Shown in pieces: positions 23,371 to 37,600 of a DNA stretch of 64,000 nucleotides; positions within the stretch are counted from its first letter, which is position 1, and the number at the start of each line of letters is the position of its first letter. The DNA is taken from contig NC_043022.1 of assembly GCF_006345805.1 (NCBI RefSeq), positions 17,918,001-17,982,000 of the forward strand, given 5' to 3'. Origin of the DNA: Octopus sinensis (Eukaryota). The notes beneath the pieces were generated by a model, which made no database searches, had not been told where the DNA came from, and saw only the letters and a program-made list of their open reading frames with translations. A program made the position numbers and the translations under genes.

Positions 23371-26300
23371 ACCTCCAGAGCTTGACTGGTACTTTATTTT
23401 ACTGTCATAACTGCAGGGATAAAAAGCAAAATGGATTGCAGCTGGATTTGAACTCTGAAGTTTTGTAGCAATCATCCAGCACAGTTAATGAGTTTGTGTT
23501 AAGAAAAGAACAATTGATGGATTTATAAGCAACATATTTTATTGTCTGATCTGAATGCATCAAGTTTGAAGTGAAAATGCATTTTGTCATCAAAATTTCT
23601 AATTATGTAATAACGAGGAAACAATAACGAAAAAAAGAAACGTTTTTAAATGAAATAAAATTAGAATAAATAAAAAAAATGATTTACTAAGTCAATTCAT
23701 TTTCTGTCATTTGAGGATAATTCCTTTATGCTGCAAGAAGTGGTGGTGGGGGGTGGGGTGGAATCAAGTGGAGACGAATTATTGAGTCAGAAGTGTTTTT
23801 TGACTGGAAATGACTTAGTTTTGAGATTGTGTGTTGAAATGGAAGTAATTGCATTGAGGAAAAGCCATGATGTCCTGAAGATAGTTAAAACACACACACA
23901 CACACACCATTGGATTTACTGTTTTATGTTTTGTGAGATGCTGTGGAGTCGTGTTTGAACAGGTCTTAGATGTAGGACAAGACTTTTGGATGTTTTATAG
24001 AACGTGAACATGTATGTTTGGGAGAGAAATTAAATATTCAGAAATATGTTTAGGCTAAACATTCTTTCATATATATATATATATTAAGTTCATAACCATA
24101 AAGATGTTAAATAAATATATTCAATTCTATTAACTCCTTACTTTTACACTTTATATATGCACACACACATATATATCGTTCTATCAGTGGAGTGTACTGA
24201 AGGTTTCTAAAACGGATGAAATGGTGCTATACATGATTATCAGTGACTAGAAATTTTAAGAATTTTGTAAAAAAAAAAAAAAAATTAAATATGTGACTTC
24301 TGTGCACCTTCTTCATAATTCCTTACGTTCAGACATTTAATCCCACCAAATAGTATCGAGAAATGATTATCTCCCTTGTATCAACTGTATGCTGAGGGAT
24401 ACCACTAGCATGTTTACACAGCCTTATAAATATATTATTTTATTGACTGTGTATGTATGTTTACTCTTATAAAACTTTATTAGTGGAGTGTAGAACTTGG
24501 CAAAAATTTAACTTTCATAGAAATTTAAACAAATGTTTACTTTTTAGTAAGACATGAAATTCATTTAGTAAGACAACCTAAATTCATTCGGAGACAATAA
24601 TGATCAACTCCCAAGGGTAGATGTGTGCTTGGATTTAATTACATTCGTTAATGTTTATAACCCTAACCATTCATTTTAAAAATCTCTGATTTAATTAGTA
24701 GGAAGGCCAGAACTGATGACAGATGAAGGCTGTTGTCTGCTACTGGGGAAATAGGTGTGGCTAATGGTCAGCTAGACCTTCTTTCATCCCCATTTCTGCA
24801 ATAAAAATCTGTTTAGGAGGGGAATTCTCTAAACATAGAAGATGGCATCTCTTTTGGAAGTCACAACCTGATGGCTAATGTGCAGCAATGATGACTTGTG
24901 TACAACAGATCATCACATCAAGTATAAACACAAATGCTGCCAACAAACAGAGATTTTACTCAAATATTCCAGAAAAAAAGTGAAATGGCTGGCCTAGGAT
25001 TTGAACTCTGGTTATTTCAGTTCTTTTAATGGAGAGATAGTTAAACAGGAGAAAACAGATGCATTGTTCTATAGATTTAGACCAAAATGAAAGGCAGAAA
25101 TATTGTAGAGAAAACGTGAACGATTGTCAGATAAAAATAAAGAGAGAGAGAGAGAGACAAAAGGGAGGGGTGGGAGGAATAGGTGAAGCTGAAAAATTAA
25201 TGTCACATGATGAGATCAATACCAAAAAACCCATCAAAAACATTGCAGAACCAAGTTCGAATTAGCCGAGCTGGCTCCCTGTCCTCTTTGTTTAGGCCCT
25301 TTGTTTGTCTGCTGGGTTTTGCTCACTTCATGACAGACTGGATGTGTGAGGCTGGATGTGTTGGAAGGAAAGGGTGTAGCATAGAAATAAACATTTACCA
25401 ACCCTCAGATGTGGACAAAAGAAATGATGAAATAATTTCAGTGGAGGAGGAGAAGTCAAGGACTAAACACAAATGTTGCCATCTGTTGCTTCCTTTCTTT
25501 TCCAGCCATGGTTTATTTATGGAAAACAAGAAACAACACACATGGTGATTCTAAGACAGGACCAATGTTTGGAATTTAGGGAATGGGAAAAGGGTTATGC
25601 AACTGAATCAACTCCTGTGCTTCACTGGTTCTTTAGTTGACTCCCCCCACCGCTAAAAGGAAGATTAGTTGTAAAGAAGCAGAACAAATATCACAAGGTA
25701 GTCATCTGACACTCTTACGATTCTGTCATATCATCGCCCTATTAATAATAATAATGATGACAATAATAATAATAATCCTTTCTACTATAGGCACAAGGCT
25801 TGAAATTTTGGGGAGGCGATATGTCAATTACATCAACCCCAGTGTTTCACTGGTACATTACTTTATCAACCCCAAAAGGGTGAAAGGTAAAGTTGACCTC
25901 AGTGGAATTTGAACTCAGAACCTAAGGACGGAGAAAATGGCACTAAGCACTTTGTCTTTGGTGCCAACGATTCTGCCAGATTGAATGGTTTGTGACATAG
26001 GCACAGCGTCACACATTTCGCAGGAGAACCTCAGCACATGACTGGTACTTTATTTTATCAACCTTGGAAGGGGGGAAAGACAAAGTTGACTTTGGAGGGG
26101 TTTGAACTTGGAATGTGAAGGGATGTAACTAAATACCAAAAAGGATTGTGTCAGGTGAACTAGGGTCCATTGGATAATAATTATAAATTACTAATTATTT
26201 GATGATAAATAAATGAAGCAAAATTATCATCATCATTCACCAACCAATCACCACCAATCATCAGTCATTACCATAATTGTTAATCGTCATCACTCATCAC

Positions 26301-26461
26301 TATTGTCTTCTATCATCAGTCATCAACATTCTTGGCATGAAATCCATAAAAGCAAACCTTCATTCAAATAAGAAAGAAATTTAATCATTAGTCACTGAAT
26401 GACAAAATATCTATCACTGTGATGACGATGCCCCCCCCCCACTTTATTGTGGTCAGTTCCG

Positions 26462-26659
26462 TCACGACTTCAGGTTAAGGTCAGCCATGTCACTGGACAA
26501 GCGGTTTGAGGCATCACTGCTCCGGTTGATGGAACGCCTGGGAGTGACTTCCGGTTTCGAGAGAAGATCATTCTTCTTGCGGTAACAGGCTTCCTTGTAG
26601 GGTGGGTTTATTGGTCCCTGGGTGGGTGGATGGTAGCTGTATTCCTTCTGGGTAGTCAA
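26462..26659 (-). CDS. FTSJ1: FTSJ1 last coding exon (198 nt including TGA)
   Basis: TTTCCAG|[25 protein letters not shown]...LNLKS*; the P.Q.PI.PPY.EAC motif is typical of Trm7 C-termini. Confidence 0.93.
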   Translation of the reverse strand: MTTQKEYSYHPPTQGPINPPYKEACYRKKNDLLSKPEVTPRRSINRSSDASNRLSSDMADLNLKS

Positions 26660-28938
26660 CTGGAAATCAAAGAAGAGAAGAGAAATAGTATTGGTTCACC
26701 AACATTAGGAGAGGCTGACATATTGGAGCGTGACGTTTAGTAGGGGGAAGAAAAAAACCACATTGAAAACTAATTTTGAATATCAGATTACAAAGTGTTA
26801 CAAATCTTTAATTGGTTGCTGTCTCCAATATAGGAGAGAACAATTAAAGATTTGCAACTTCATGGCCTCCACATCAGACTGTGGTTGGAGGAGAAAACAA
26901 GTAGAGGCCTTCGTCCCTGCAGTGCACTGAATATAGGCAAACCCAATTCAACACACACACATGACCATCATCGTCATTTTATGTCTGATTCTTCTCATCT
27001 GGTATGGGTTGCACAGGTCTCCCCGCATTACATGAGCCACTTGTAGTCCTTCAGCATCTGGATCATACACACACCAACAGAGAAAACTCGACCCCTTTCT
27101 GCCCTTCATAATACCAACCACATCAGCTGAATACATTATAATGTACAAATATCACCAGACAGGCTCAGACAAAACTTAAACAATCCCATTCTCTCTCTAA
27201 CCATCATTTCATTCATTCTTTTTTGCTTGAATCTATCTTTCAGCTGATGTTCTTCTGACAGATGACCATGTCTAACAAGGTAGACTCAATGCATTTTCAA
27301 CAGATGCAACTGTCTGAAGAAAATGGGAGAATAACCGCGGAGAGGTTAGCTTCTCTCACACTTGAGATTCTGATGTCTATGTAAAAGTGAACAGAGAAAT
27401 CAAGAGAAGAAGACTGGACACGTTGATGTCCAGCAAAATATTGAATGCATCCACTTACGGAGAGGGGGTAGGTCTTGTCTGAATCGAAGCCACTCAAATC
27501 GCCACAAGCCAGGAAAGGGACAATGATTCGGTTCGGTCCAGTGAGGTTGTTGAAGTCAACATCTGCAATTGGAATCAATCAATAAGATTAACTGATCTTG
27601 TATTATTAATTAGAGATAATTATTAATTAGAGAATGACTGAATGCTGGATTAGGGGTGAGGAGGGAGGAGCAGGTGGCTAATTTAAGAAAGCAAAAACCG
27701 TTTTGGTAGTCACAGGAAAATGAGTGCAGCTATAAATGAATGAGTTGCAGTGTATTGGTAAATACTAGAGTCACTAATAAAGACAGTGCTGGACTTAGAG
27801 CAGACACTCTGCATTCAAGTCATCATCATCATCATCATCATTTAGCATCCATTTTCTATGCTGGCATGAGTTGAACGGTTTGACAGGATCTGGCAAGGCT
27901 GGAGGGCTGTACTAGGCACCAGCCGTCTGTTTTGGCATGGTTTCTATAGCTGGATGCCCTTCCTGAAGCCATCCATCTTACAGAGTGGGGGGCTGGGGGC
28001 TGTTATGGCACGGACGATTTCATAGGGTGCTGGCACAGGCACTCTGGCATGAGTGCTTTTTATGTGGGACTAACATATGTATATACGGGCATATATTACA
28101 GCCACCAATATAGAGATGGACTGTAGTCGATTGGCCAGTGAATCTCTCCCTTGGATGACCATCTTTTAGATTTAGTCTAAGAGGTTTGTTTGTAACAGCA
28201 ACACCATCCAAGATGTTTATGTTGAACTCCACTTTTGGCATTTCGTCTGTCTTTATGTTCTGAGCTCAAATACTGCTGAGGTCAACTTTGTCATTCATCC
28301 CTTCAAGGTCGATACCAGTTAAGCAATGGGGTTTGATTCCTGGATCTGGGTGTGTGTTGCATTCTTGAGTAAGACATTCTATTTCACGTTGCTCCAGTTT
28401 CAACATCACTAGTGCCAAGCTGTATTTACCATTGTCTTTCTCTTAGACAACACCAGTGGCATGGAGACGGAAGGCTGGGATCCATGGGCAACTGTCGGTC
28501 TTCCATAAACAATCTTGCTTGGACTTGTGCCTCAGAGGGGAACCTTTTCAGGGTAATCCTTTGGTCATTCACGACCAAATGGGGTCTTTACCTTTTAATG
28601 GAGTCGACATAATTGACTTATCTTTTCCTCTAAAATTGCTGGCATTGTGCCAAAATTTGAAACCAATATTATGTGTGCGTGTGTGCAGTTGTATCCATGT
28701 TGTGTATGTAGGGTCACGATGATCAATAACGAAAGCTAACTCCCCACCCGGTGGCACATAAAGGGCACCCGGTGGCACATAAAGGGCACCCGTTATGCTC
28801 TGGGAGTTGTCAGTGTTAGGAAGGGCATCCAACCACAGAAACCATGCCAAACCAGACGGGAACTTGATGCAGCTCTCCAGCCTTGCCAACTCCAGTCAAA
28901 CCATCTTAACCCATGCCAGCATGGAAAGCAGACACTAA

Positions 28939-28979
<41 letters not shown>

Positions 28980-29337
28980 ATATATAAGGAATAATATAAT
29001 GCAGAACCAGGTAGAGAGAATATAGAAGAAGTAAGAACAACACCAAGGACAGCTAAAAGAAAGAAAAGCTAACAACTTACCATATTGTTGATCCAACAAT
29101 GGATTAGACATGTTCGGTAGATAACCTTCTGGAGGGGAATATTTCTCACAAACAACAAAGGCTTCTGCAAAGATATTCAATAATATATATATATATATAT
29201 AACGGGAAGCTTTATGAAAATAAACAAAAGACGAAGGCAGGTGGAGTACAAACAAACAATTGTATTAGTATGGCGCTCAGGAATATAAATAAAACAAGTC
29301 TTTTACGTTTCGAGCCTACGCTCTTCAACAGAAAGAT

Positions 29338-29382
<45 letters not shown>

Positions 29383-32300
29383 ATATATATATATATATAC
29401 ATACATACATATGCACACACACTAACATATATATACATACACACATAATTCTTTCAACTACAAGCACAAGTCCTAGAAATTTTGAGGAAAGGGGCAAGTT
29501 GATTAGACTGGATCCAGTGCTCAACTGGTAGTTATTTAATCAATCCCAAAAGGATGGAAGGCACATTCGACCTTGGTGGAATTTGATCATAGAACATAGA
29601 GCCAGAAGAAAAGCTGTCAGAAACGATTCTGTCAGTTCACCACTTTGTATACATATGTAATAATGCAACCATGTTGGACATACTTTGAAAAAAAGTTGGG
29701 TTTGGAATTACTGCAACATTTAGCTTATTGCATAGAGGTTTTTATCCATGCCAGATCCCACTATATGTGAGATTCTTTCTCCATTTGTAACTGGAAGAGG
29801 ATTTTTAAGAGATCGTTGTTCCTGTGTCTATACATCGACACAAACTCTGGTTTTTTAGTGAACATCTTGAAATACTGCACAAGAATGTTACATTTTTCAG
29901 GCCACTGACAGAGTGGAGGGCAAGGGGTCTAGAAATTAGATTATTGTGACATAATAATGAAATTATTGTATACAGTGCTCAGGTGCACCACAACTTGTCA
30001 GAAAGTGCATGCAGTAATGTACAAATGTCTGGAAAGCGAACAGTGTATGAGTCAGATACATGCTTGTGTGTGTATGGAGGGGAGAACATCAGGTGTAGTG
30101 TTGGCGAATCTCAGGAAGCATGGAAGTTTTGAAGGATACAGTGCTCCGACAACTAACAACTGATGCCGGCAGTTTGTTCCATGTTTCAGCAACTCTCAGC
30201 GTGTCATTTCTATTTTAGGGAGTCATTTCTATTTCAGGCTCCAATACACTGACAGACATAAGTGGAATTCCTTTACTCTCAAAATCTGAAGGAGAAAGTG
30301 TGTTGATCATGTTTGTTCATCAACATAGTTCCCATGATCTTCATGTTGTTGGCCCTTATTACTACATATAGACACTGAATTCCCTCACTCTATTAGTGCT
30401 TTTCAGAACAGGACACAGTGTTGCATTTTGATGGTGAGCCTGGCTTGTTTCTGGGTAAACATTCTCTCTTCTAAAGCTCTGAGTTGTCTGTCAGCTGATG
30501 TTTCCATTAAAACGAGAGCTAAACATCTTCAGGGTGCCTTTGTTGAACAGTTTGTGGCATTTGTGTTCAATGTTTACATTAATGTGTTAAACATATCAAT
30601 ATGTTTACTACTTATGCTCATATTAACAGGAGGGTAAACACAACCTTTCTTTTCTGGTTTTACACACAAACAAGTATGTGTGTGTGTCTGTATAAACATA
30701 CAGAGTGCACTGAACCACAAATGAACTTGACAGTTAGGGGTAACAGAATTACCCCAAAAGTAATCTCTCTCTCTCTCTACAAACACACAAGGTGTGCCAG
30801 GTATTTGTGAATGAGGTTTACCTGGCCAGAAACGGAGGATGTGCAAACCTAATGTTTCACGATATGCACCAATTATTCCAACTTCCTCGTTTTTCTTTCA
30901 AACGTATTCAACAATATCAAAACATGGGATCCCAAACTGACAAAGGAAACGAGGTCTGACGTGTTTGTGGTTTTATACACCAACCCCTGTGACCGAGGAG
31001 ATCATTGGCGCCTTCAGTGTAGCTAGGTTCCAGGATTGGAAAGAGATGGAGGCATCTGATGGGGATGTGACAATTTAGTTTGTTGGTCAATTCCAGGACA
31101 AAATGAGCATGTCCAGTGGATTGAAGCAAACCCTCATCACTGACCAGTCCAAGAAAGTTGAGTTTACAAGATTTGGTGTAAATCTTTCTGGACAGAGACA
31201 ATGCTGTTGATATGCAGCGAGATGCAAGAACTGTATTGTCAGGTGACCCCCACCCCACCATCACAGGTTAAGACATCCTGGACTGTATGGTGGTTAAGGT
31301 ATTCGGCTCATGATCGTAAGGTCATGAGCTCAATTCTTGGAGACGGATTGTGTCCTTGAACAAGACACTTTATTTCACATTACTTCAGTTCACTAAGCTG
31401 GCAAGAAACATAGGATTATGTACTCCCTGATTTAAAAAAAAATTATGGTGGTGGTCATGGCTGGAATGTCTTTGAACAGAGATCTGCTCCATCAGGACCG
31501 ACCCAGGTTTAAACAACAACAACAACCTACCTATACTAGAGTTACGACTGCTGCGAGGTTTGTAGACAGTTACCAGTGGGAAAAAGATTTTGAGTTGAGA
31601 ATAAAGCAGGGTGACATCTTTGCCCCGGAATATCTGAAGAAGAAGAAAAAGAAGAAGAATCGATAGAAACAAATAGAATATGGAAGGTTACTATACAAAA
31701 CAGGGATATTAATGATAAAAACAATGAATATCGAATTAGGCCCAAAGGCAGCAAAAGCTGTAGGAAGTCCCTCTGGTTTTTGTGTAATGCTAAGGGAAGT
31801 AACTCAAATAAAGAACTAAAAGGCTGATAGGGCGATGGTGGTGGAGGAAGCAGCGCCAGTCATGGTGAGTGTCGGTAATGGGAAACTGGCAGAGCTGGTA
31901 GAGTGAAGGAGATGTCTCATGGAATTCGTTTCAACTCTCTGCATACTGAGTTCAAGTTGTTGTGAGGTGAATGTTGCCTTTCATCACTTCAGGGTTGATA
32001 AAATATTGCAGCCGTCCAAGGGAAGCGTTTTGCAGGAATTCGAACAGATTCGGACTAAAAGCTGGTATGAAACTGATATTTATTTCACTGAAGTCGAAGT
32101 GGAATTTGAACTCTGAGCATAAAGAGAGATGAAATGTTGTTAAGCATTTTGTCTGATGTGCAAACCATTCTGCCAGTCTGCTGCCATGACGACGATGACC
32201 ATAATGATGATGATGATGATGATAATAGTAATAATCCTTTTTACTATAGGTACAAAGCCTGAAATTTGAGGCGGGGGGGGGGGGTAGTCAATTACACACT

Positions 32301-32425
32301 GACCCCAGTGTTCAACTGGTACTTATTTTATGGACTCCGAAAGGATGAAAGGCAAAGTCGACATTGGCAAAATTTGAACTCAGAATGTAATGATGTCTGT
32401 CAATGATTCTAGCAGCTTGTCACCT

Positions 32426-32465
<40 letters not shown>

Positions 32466-34630
32466 AAGAATGATTTCAAACTTTGGCACAAGGTCAGTAA
32501 CTTCATAAGTCAAGTACATCGACCCCAGTATTCAAATGGTAGTCAACCTCAGTGGAATTTGAACTCAGAATAATAATAAAAATAATCCTTTCTAATATAG
32601 ACACAAGGCCTGAAATTCTGAGGGTGGGGGATTATGGATTATACTGACCCCAGAATTCAACTGGTACATATTTTATTGACCCCAAAAGGATGAAAGGCAA
32701 AGTTGACCTTGGTGGAATTTGAACTCACAATGTTAAAATGGATGAAATGCCATTAAGCATTTCACCTGGCATGCTAATGGTTCTGCCAGTTCAGTATTAT
32801 GATGATGATGATTGTTCTTGGATGGTAGATTTGATCTCTCACCTGAGTTGACACCACCTCCACCACCCTGGGTATCTTTTGTGGCATCCACGCTGTTGCA
32901 AACATTATGGTTGTTCTTTAATTTGGGGACAAATTCCTCCTTCTTGGAGACTCAGGGAAACATAAAATGTCAGAAGTGTTGCTCTTCTGTCTCTGACCAA
33001 ATAGTGAAAAAAAAGAAACAAAACAAAACAAAAAGAAAAGAAACAAAAGTGTGTGCAAAGAGACAATGTCACTATTCAACTACTCACCTTAGCAACAAAT
33101 GTGCCACCAGGTTTCAATACATGAGTTGTGATGTTGAGGGCCTGAAATATTTTAGAGAAGTAAGAAATGGTTAAGACAACTGAAGAAGAAGAAGAAGAAG
33201 AGGGAGAGAGAAGGAGGGGGGGGATAATGTTTAGGAGGTGCAAGAACGAGTAAACCAGTTGAAGTAATCTTCTAAATGAATGTAAGACATGTCTCCTTTT
33301 CATATCAGATGGACCAATGTCCTCGTCTTGACTGTTGCTTTTATTATTGTCTTGGCTGTTCTATGCGCCTGTGAAATGTAACGAAAGCTGCAATCAAGAT
33401 GTGGACATCAGGCTGACTAATATAAACAGGATACAGAATATAAATTCCTGATTTCAGCAGCAAAGAACTGAATGTAAGACATATTGGCCAATCACTCATT
33501 AGCATATTCAAAGAGGGTTTATGCAAATTTAGACATTTGCATATTGATGGTCACCTACTGTGTACGCTGCTGGATGCCAGTACCCTCCAACCATTATACA
33601 CGAGACTATGAAATTGGTGTGGGACCTATTTGTCAGTCAGGCAGACTAAGGCAAGTGGAATTAAGTCTCTTGCTCCAAACCACAATGTAGAGGGGGGCAA
33701 CTGAAAGAATTGAACTCATGACTGGCTGATTCGTGCTTCAATAATTAATTATAACATTACTTTAGATGAAAATAGTTTAAAAAAAGTAAAGCAATCAACT
33801 CTTTAGAATTTAAACCAGCCATATCCAGCCTTTCACACCTATCCTACAATGTTAGTCTAAATAGTAAACCATCACATTGTTGAAATCCTGAAGTTACAAG
33901 ACAAGGGAGGGTCAATTGAAAACAAGGGGAATAAATAAGCAGAACATTTGACAGACAAGCAACCTTAAATGCTAAAGGGTTAAATATAATTAGAAATATT
34001 TAATTAGTAGATACATACGGCTAGAAGGAGTTGTGCTTGGATATATTCATCAATATCATGAAGACCAGTGACTGAAAGGAAATGGAAAATTGGAATTGAA
34101 ATTCTTGCAAGTAAAACAGATTTTTTTGGTACAAAAGACAGGAATCAACCAATAAATATTCCTCCTCAACAGAATCACTTCAACTTCACTGCATCGACCA
34201 GACTGTTGGATGTTGTTATACATCACTGGTCACAATGCACTTCCATCTTAGCCCAAATTCTTTAAAATTGTCTTCCCATCACTGTGGGGACCTTTTGAGT
34301 GGCCTTTCCAAATCTCTTGGGTGTCACTCAGTAACTGCACAAGGGCACCTGTTGTTGGTAAAACCTGCAACATGTCCATGCCCAACCCGTCGGAAGTTGT
34401 GCTTCCAATATTCTGCGATTATGTGGTTCTCTCTTTTCCATTCTTGAATTATTTCATTTTGGATTTGCTCCCGCAATATTTCTAACTGTATGTTGAGAAG
34501 TTTGCCTCCCAACCACATGGTTCTGGGTTCAGTCCCACTGTGTGGCACCTCAAGCAAATATCTTTTGTTATAGCCCTGGGCTGACCAAAGCCTTCTGAGT
34601 GGATTTGGTAGATGGAAACTGAAAAAAGCT

Positions 34631-34670
<40 letters not shown>

Positions 34671-37600
34671 GTGTGTGTGTGTGTCTTTGTATGTTTACAT
34701 ACTCATAACTTAGCAGTTCAGCAAAAGCGACCGATAAAATAAGGACCAGGCATAAAAAAAATAAGTGCTGGGGTAGATTTTTCAGACTAAAATTCTTCAA
34801 GCTGGTGCCCCCGCCACAGTCATGGTCTAATGACTGAAACAAACAAAAGATAAAAGTGGGATCTTTCCATGGCCCCTTTGTGTCGTAACCTAACAATGCT
34901 CATCCCTCTTTATTGGCAGCCCACACCTCAGGTGCATATGGAAGCAAAAGTAGGATGGAACTATTGGAGAGGTTGGCATGGAGGGTCTTGTCCAGCCTCC
35001 CTTTCTGCTGTTATTCCTCTCTGGGTCTAAATAGATCTTATTAACGTCTCTTCTTATCACCATTTTCTCAGAATAAGGAAGATTTGGTATAAACAGTCAA
35101 CAGCATCAAATGAAGTCATGAAGAATTGATTTTGTTTGTGCCATATTCCAAGAAATGGTGAAAAAATGTGATGTTATTGGAAGTGAGTCAGAGAAAGATA
35201 CAAGAAACGAGTTGGATGCAATGACACAAGTTGGAAGCAAAGACATGGTGAAGTTACGGCTCTCAACATAAGAAGCTATTTACCATCAGGGGCCCCATCG
35301 CACACAACCAGGTCTGCCTGTTCCCCTTCAAAATGACTGATTATTTCTTCAGCTGTGGATTTCTGGCAAATAAAAAAGGGACAAAAAGAAAAACTTAATA
35401 ACAATAAAAATTACAGGTTTTGTTTGATGTTGAAAAGTTCATTAGCAACTGAGACTATCTCGTTCCCAGTTTGATATTCTAATTAAAACTTCTTTTTAAG
35501 ATATATCATCATCATCGTTCAACGTCTGTTTTCCATGATAGCATGGGTTGGACGGTTCGACTGGGGTCTGGGAAGCCAGGAGGCTGCACCAGGCACCAGT
35601 CTGATCTGGCAGTGTTTCTACAGCTGGATGCCTTTCCTAACGCCAACCACTCCGTGAGTTTAGTGGGTGCTTTTTACATGCCACTGGCACAAGGGCCAGA
35701 GGCGGCTGGCAACGGCCATGATCAGTTGGTGCTTTTTACATGTCACCGGCACAGACGCCAGTCAAGGCAGCGCTGGCATCGGCCACGTTCGGATGGTGCT
35801 TTTTATGTGCCACTGGCACAGGTATCACAACTACAATTTCCATTTGATATATACATATATATACACACACACATATATATATATATACTATATAAATGTA
35901 AGTGTATGTGGTTATGCAAGCATGTTTACCCCAAAAAGCCTTGAAAAGGTGCATCCTCAAGAAAAGCAAATTTGAATCTCAAATTCTTCATCTCCCAATG
36001 TTGTTCATAAATAATAATAATGAAAACACATAATTATACTCTCGGCCCATCTGTCACAACATCCTCCAGTCACTCTGTTTAGTTTCCAATACTGATGCCT
36101 TCTTCTTACCTTTGTGATGTCCCCTTGTATTTGAGTGACCCCAGGTATTGGTGCCATTGCTTGAAGATCAACTGCCACGATCTTGGTATCGGTCTCGCCA
36201 TCACTGGAATTGCCCCTTTTAGAGAAAAACAAGTTTACAATAAAAACACACTGGAAAGTCATTATGAAGGACATTTTTTTGTAATGTTGTTGATAATGTT
36301 TACTTTCTATGCTGGCCTCAGCTGGACAGGTCAACAGGACCCAACAAGTCTGGAGGATCATGTTTCAGTTTGGGTTGGGTTTCTATAGCTGAATGTCCTT
36401 ATTTATGCTGACCCCTTTTCAGCCAATAATGTGTGCTTTGCTTTTACTGTGGCATCAACACTAGTGATGTCCACTTGTCACTTGCAATGCTACACAATCC
36501 AAAGAAGACCACCTCTAAGGACTGCAATGTTGTGTATTTGGACATTTAAATATTACAAAATACACACACACGTCAATATTAAAAAATGTGGTATTGTTGA
36601 AGCTGAGATAAATATTGTGAAAACAACTCACCTCATACACTTTGACCCTTGGTCCTATTAAAGATACACTGCAAAGTAAGTGGTAGGCTGTTTAGGAATA
36701 GCTAAGTCCTTTCCTCTCCATGGAACAAAGGTCATTGACAACTGTTCTTCACCCAAGGCTGTCCTCTCCTTCGTCTTATTGGTTTTGAATTGTCCTTGAT
36801 GCTTTTGTCAGTTTGCTTTTCTTCTAGGTAGGGAGGTTGGCCCGATACAAACCCATTTTTACCTCTAGGAAGAGGAGATGATCCAAATCAGTCTGGTCTC
36901 TATCCTCTGAGCTGTGCAACATGGGTAGCTCAACTAGGGCTTGCACTCCACTAACATAGCTCTCAGGGTCATTCAGACATTCAAGCCACTACGCCCCAGA
37001 AAAGGCTGGACTCTGGGGAAGAATTTAAGACTTTAGAAAATCCATTTTCATTCTTGGAGTATCTTGAAAGCCATGTTACTACTTTATTATACCCAAATAT
37101 TTATCAATAAGAGAAGGCAATCAATATTTCCTGTAATTATACACAAATATTCCTTTCTGCTACAAGCACAAGGGGAAGGGGGCTAGTCAGTTACATTGAC
37201 CCCCTCCCCAGTTTTCAACTGGTCCTTATTTCATCGACCTTGAAAGGATTGAAGGGAAAGTCAACTTTGCCAGAATTTGAATTTAGAAGGAAGTGAGGGA
37301 CAAGATGCCATTATTTTCTCTGGTGTGTTAATGATTCTGCCAGCTCACCACGAAATATTGGTCAATAAAAGATGACCAAGCAATGCTTCCTATAGTTTTT
37401 CACAATTTCTAACTTAAAAACAACTATTTTTTTCATAAAAGTGTTCCTGTGAAACAGATCAGTGATTGCTTGATTATCTCCAAGCAAGAGAACAATACAA
37501 AAAAAAAAAAAATCACAAAGTTAAGAAGTTTGTGAAGCACAAACTGAAATAATAAGTAATTAAGTTGTCCATAATTATAAAATTACATTTGAATGAAACT

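Noticed and set aside
25207-25548. 113-aa plus-strand ORF downstream of FTSJ1
   Set aside because: No homology that I recognise and no exon-like boundaries.
30485-30535. CTGAAGA...GAAAC with a nearby TCAGCTGA palindrome (minus strand)
   Set aside because: The palindrome is out of register with A15.1/U16.1, and stems I and II do not form.
30917-31264. 115-aa ORF in FTSJ1 intron 7
   Set aside because: No recognisable motif or splice support; the opposite-strand frames contain stops.
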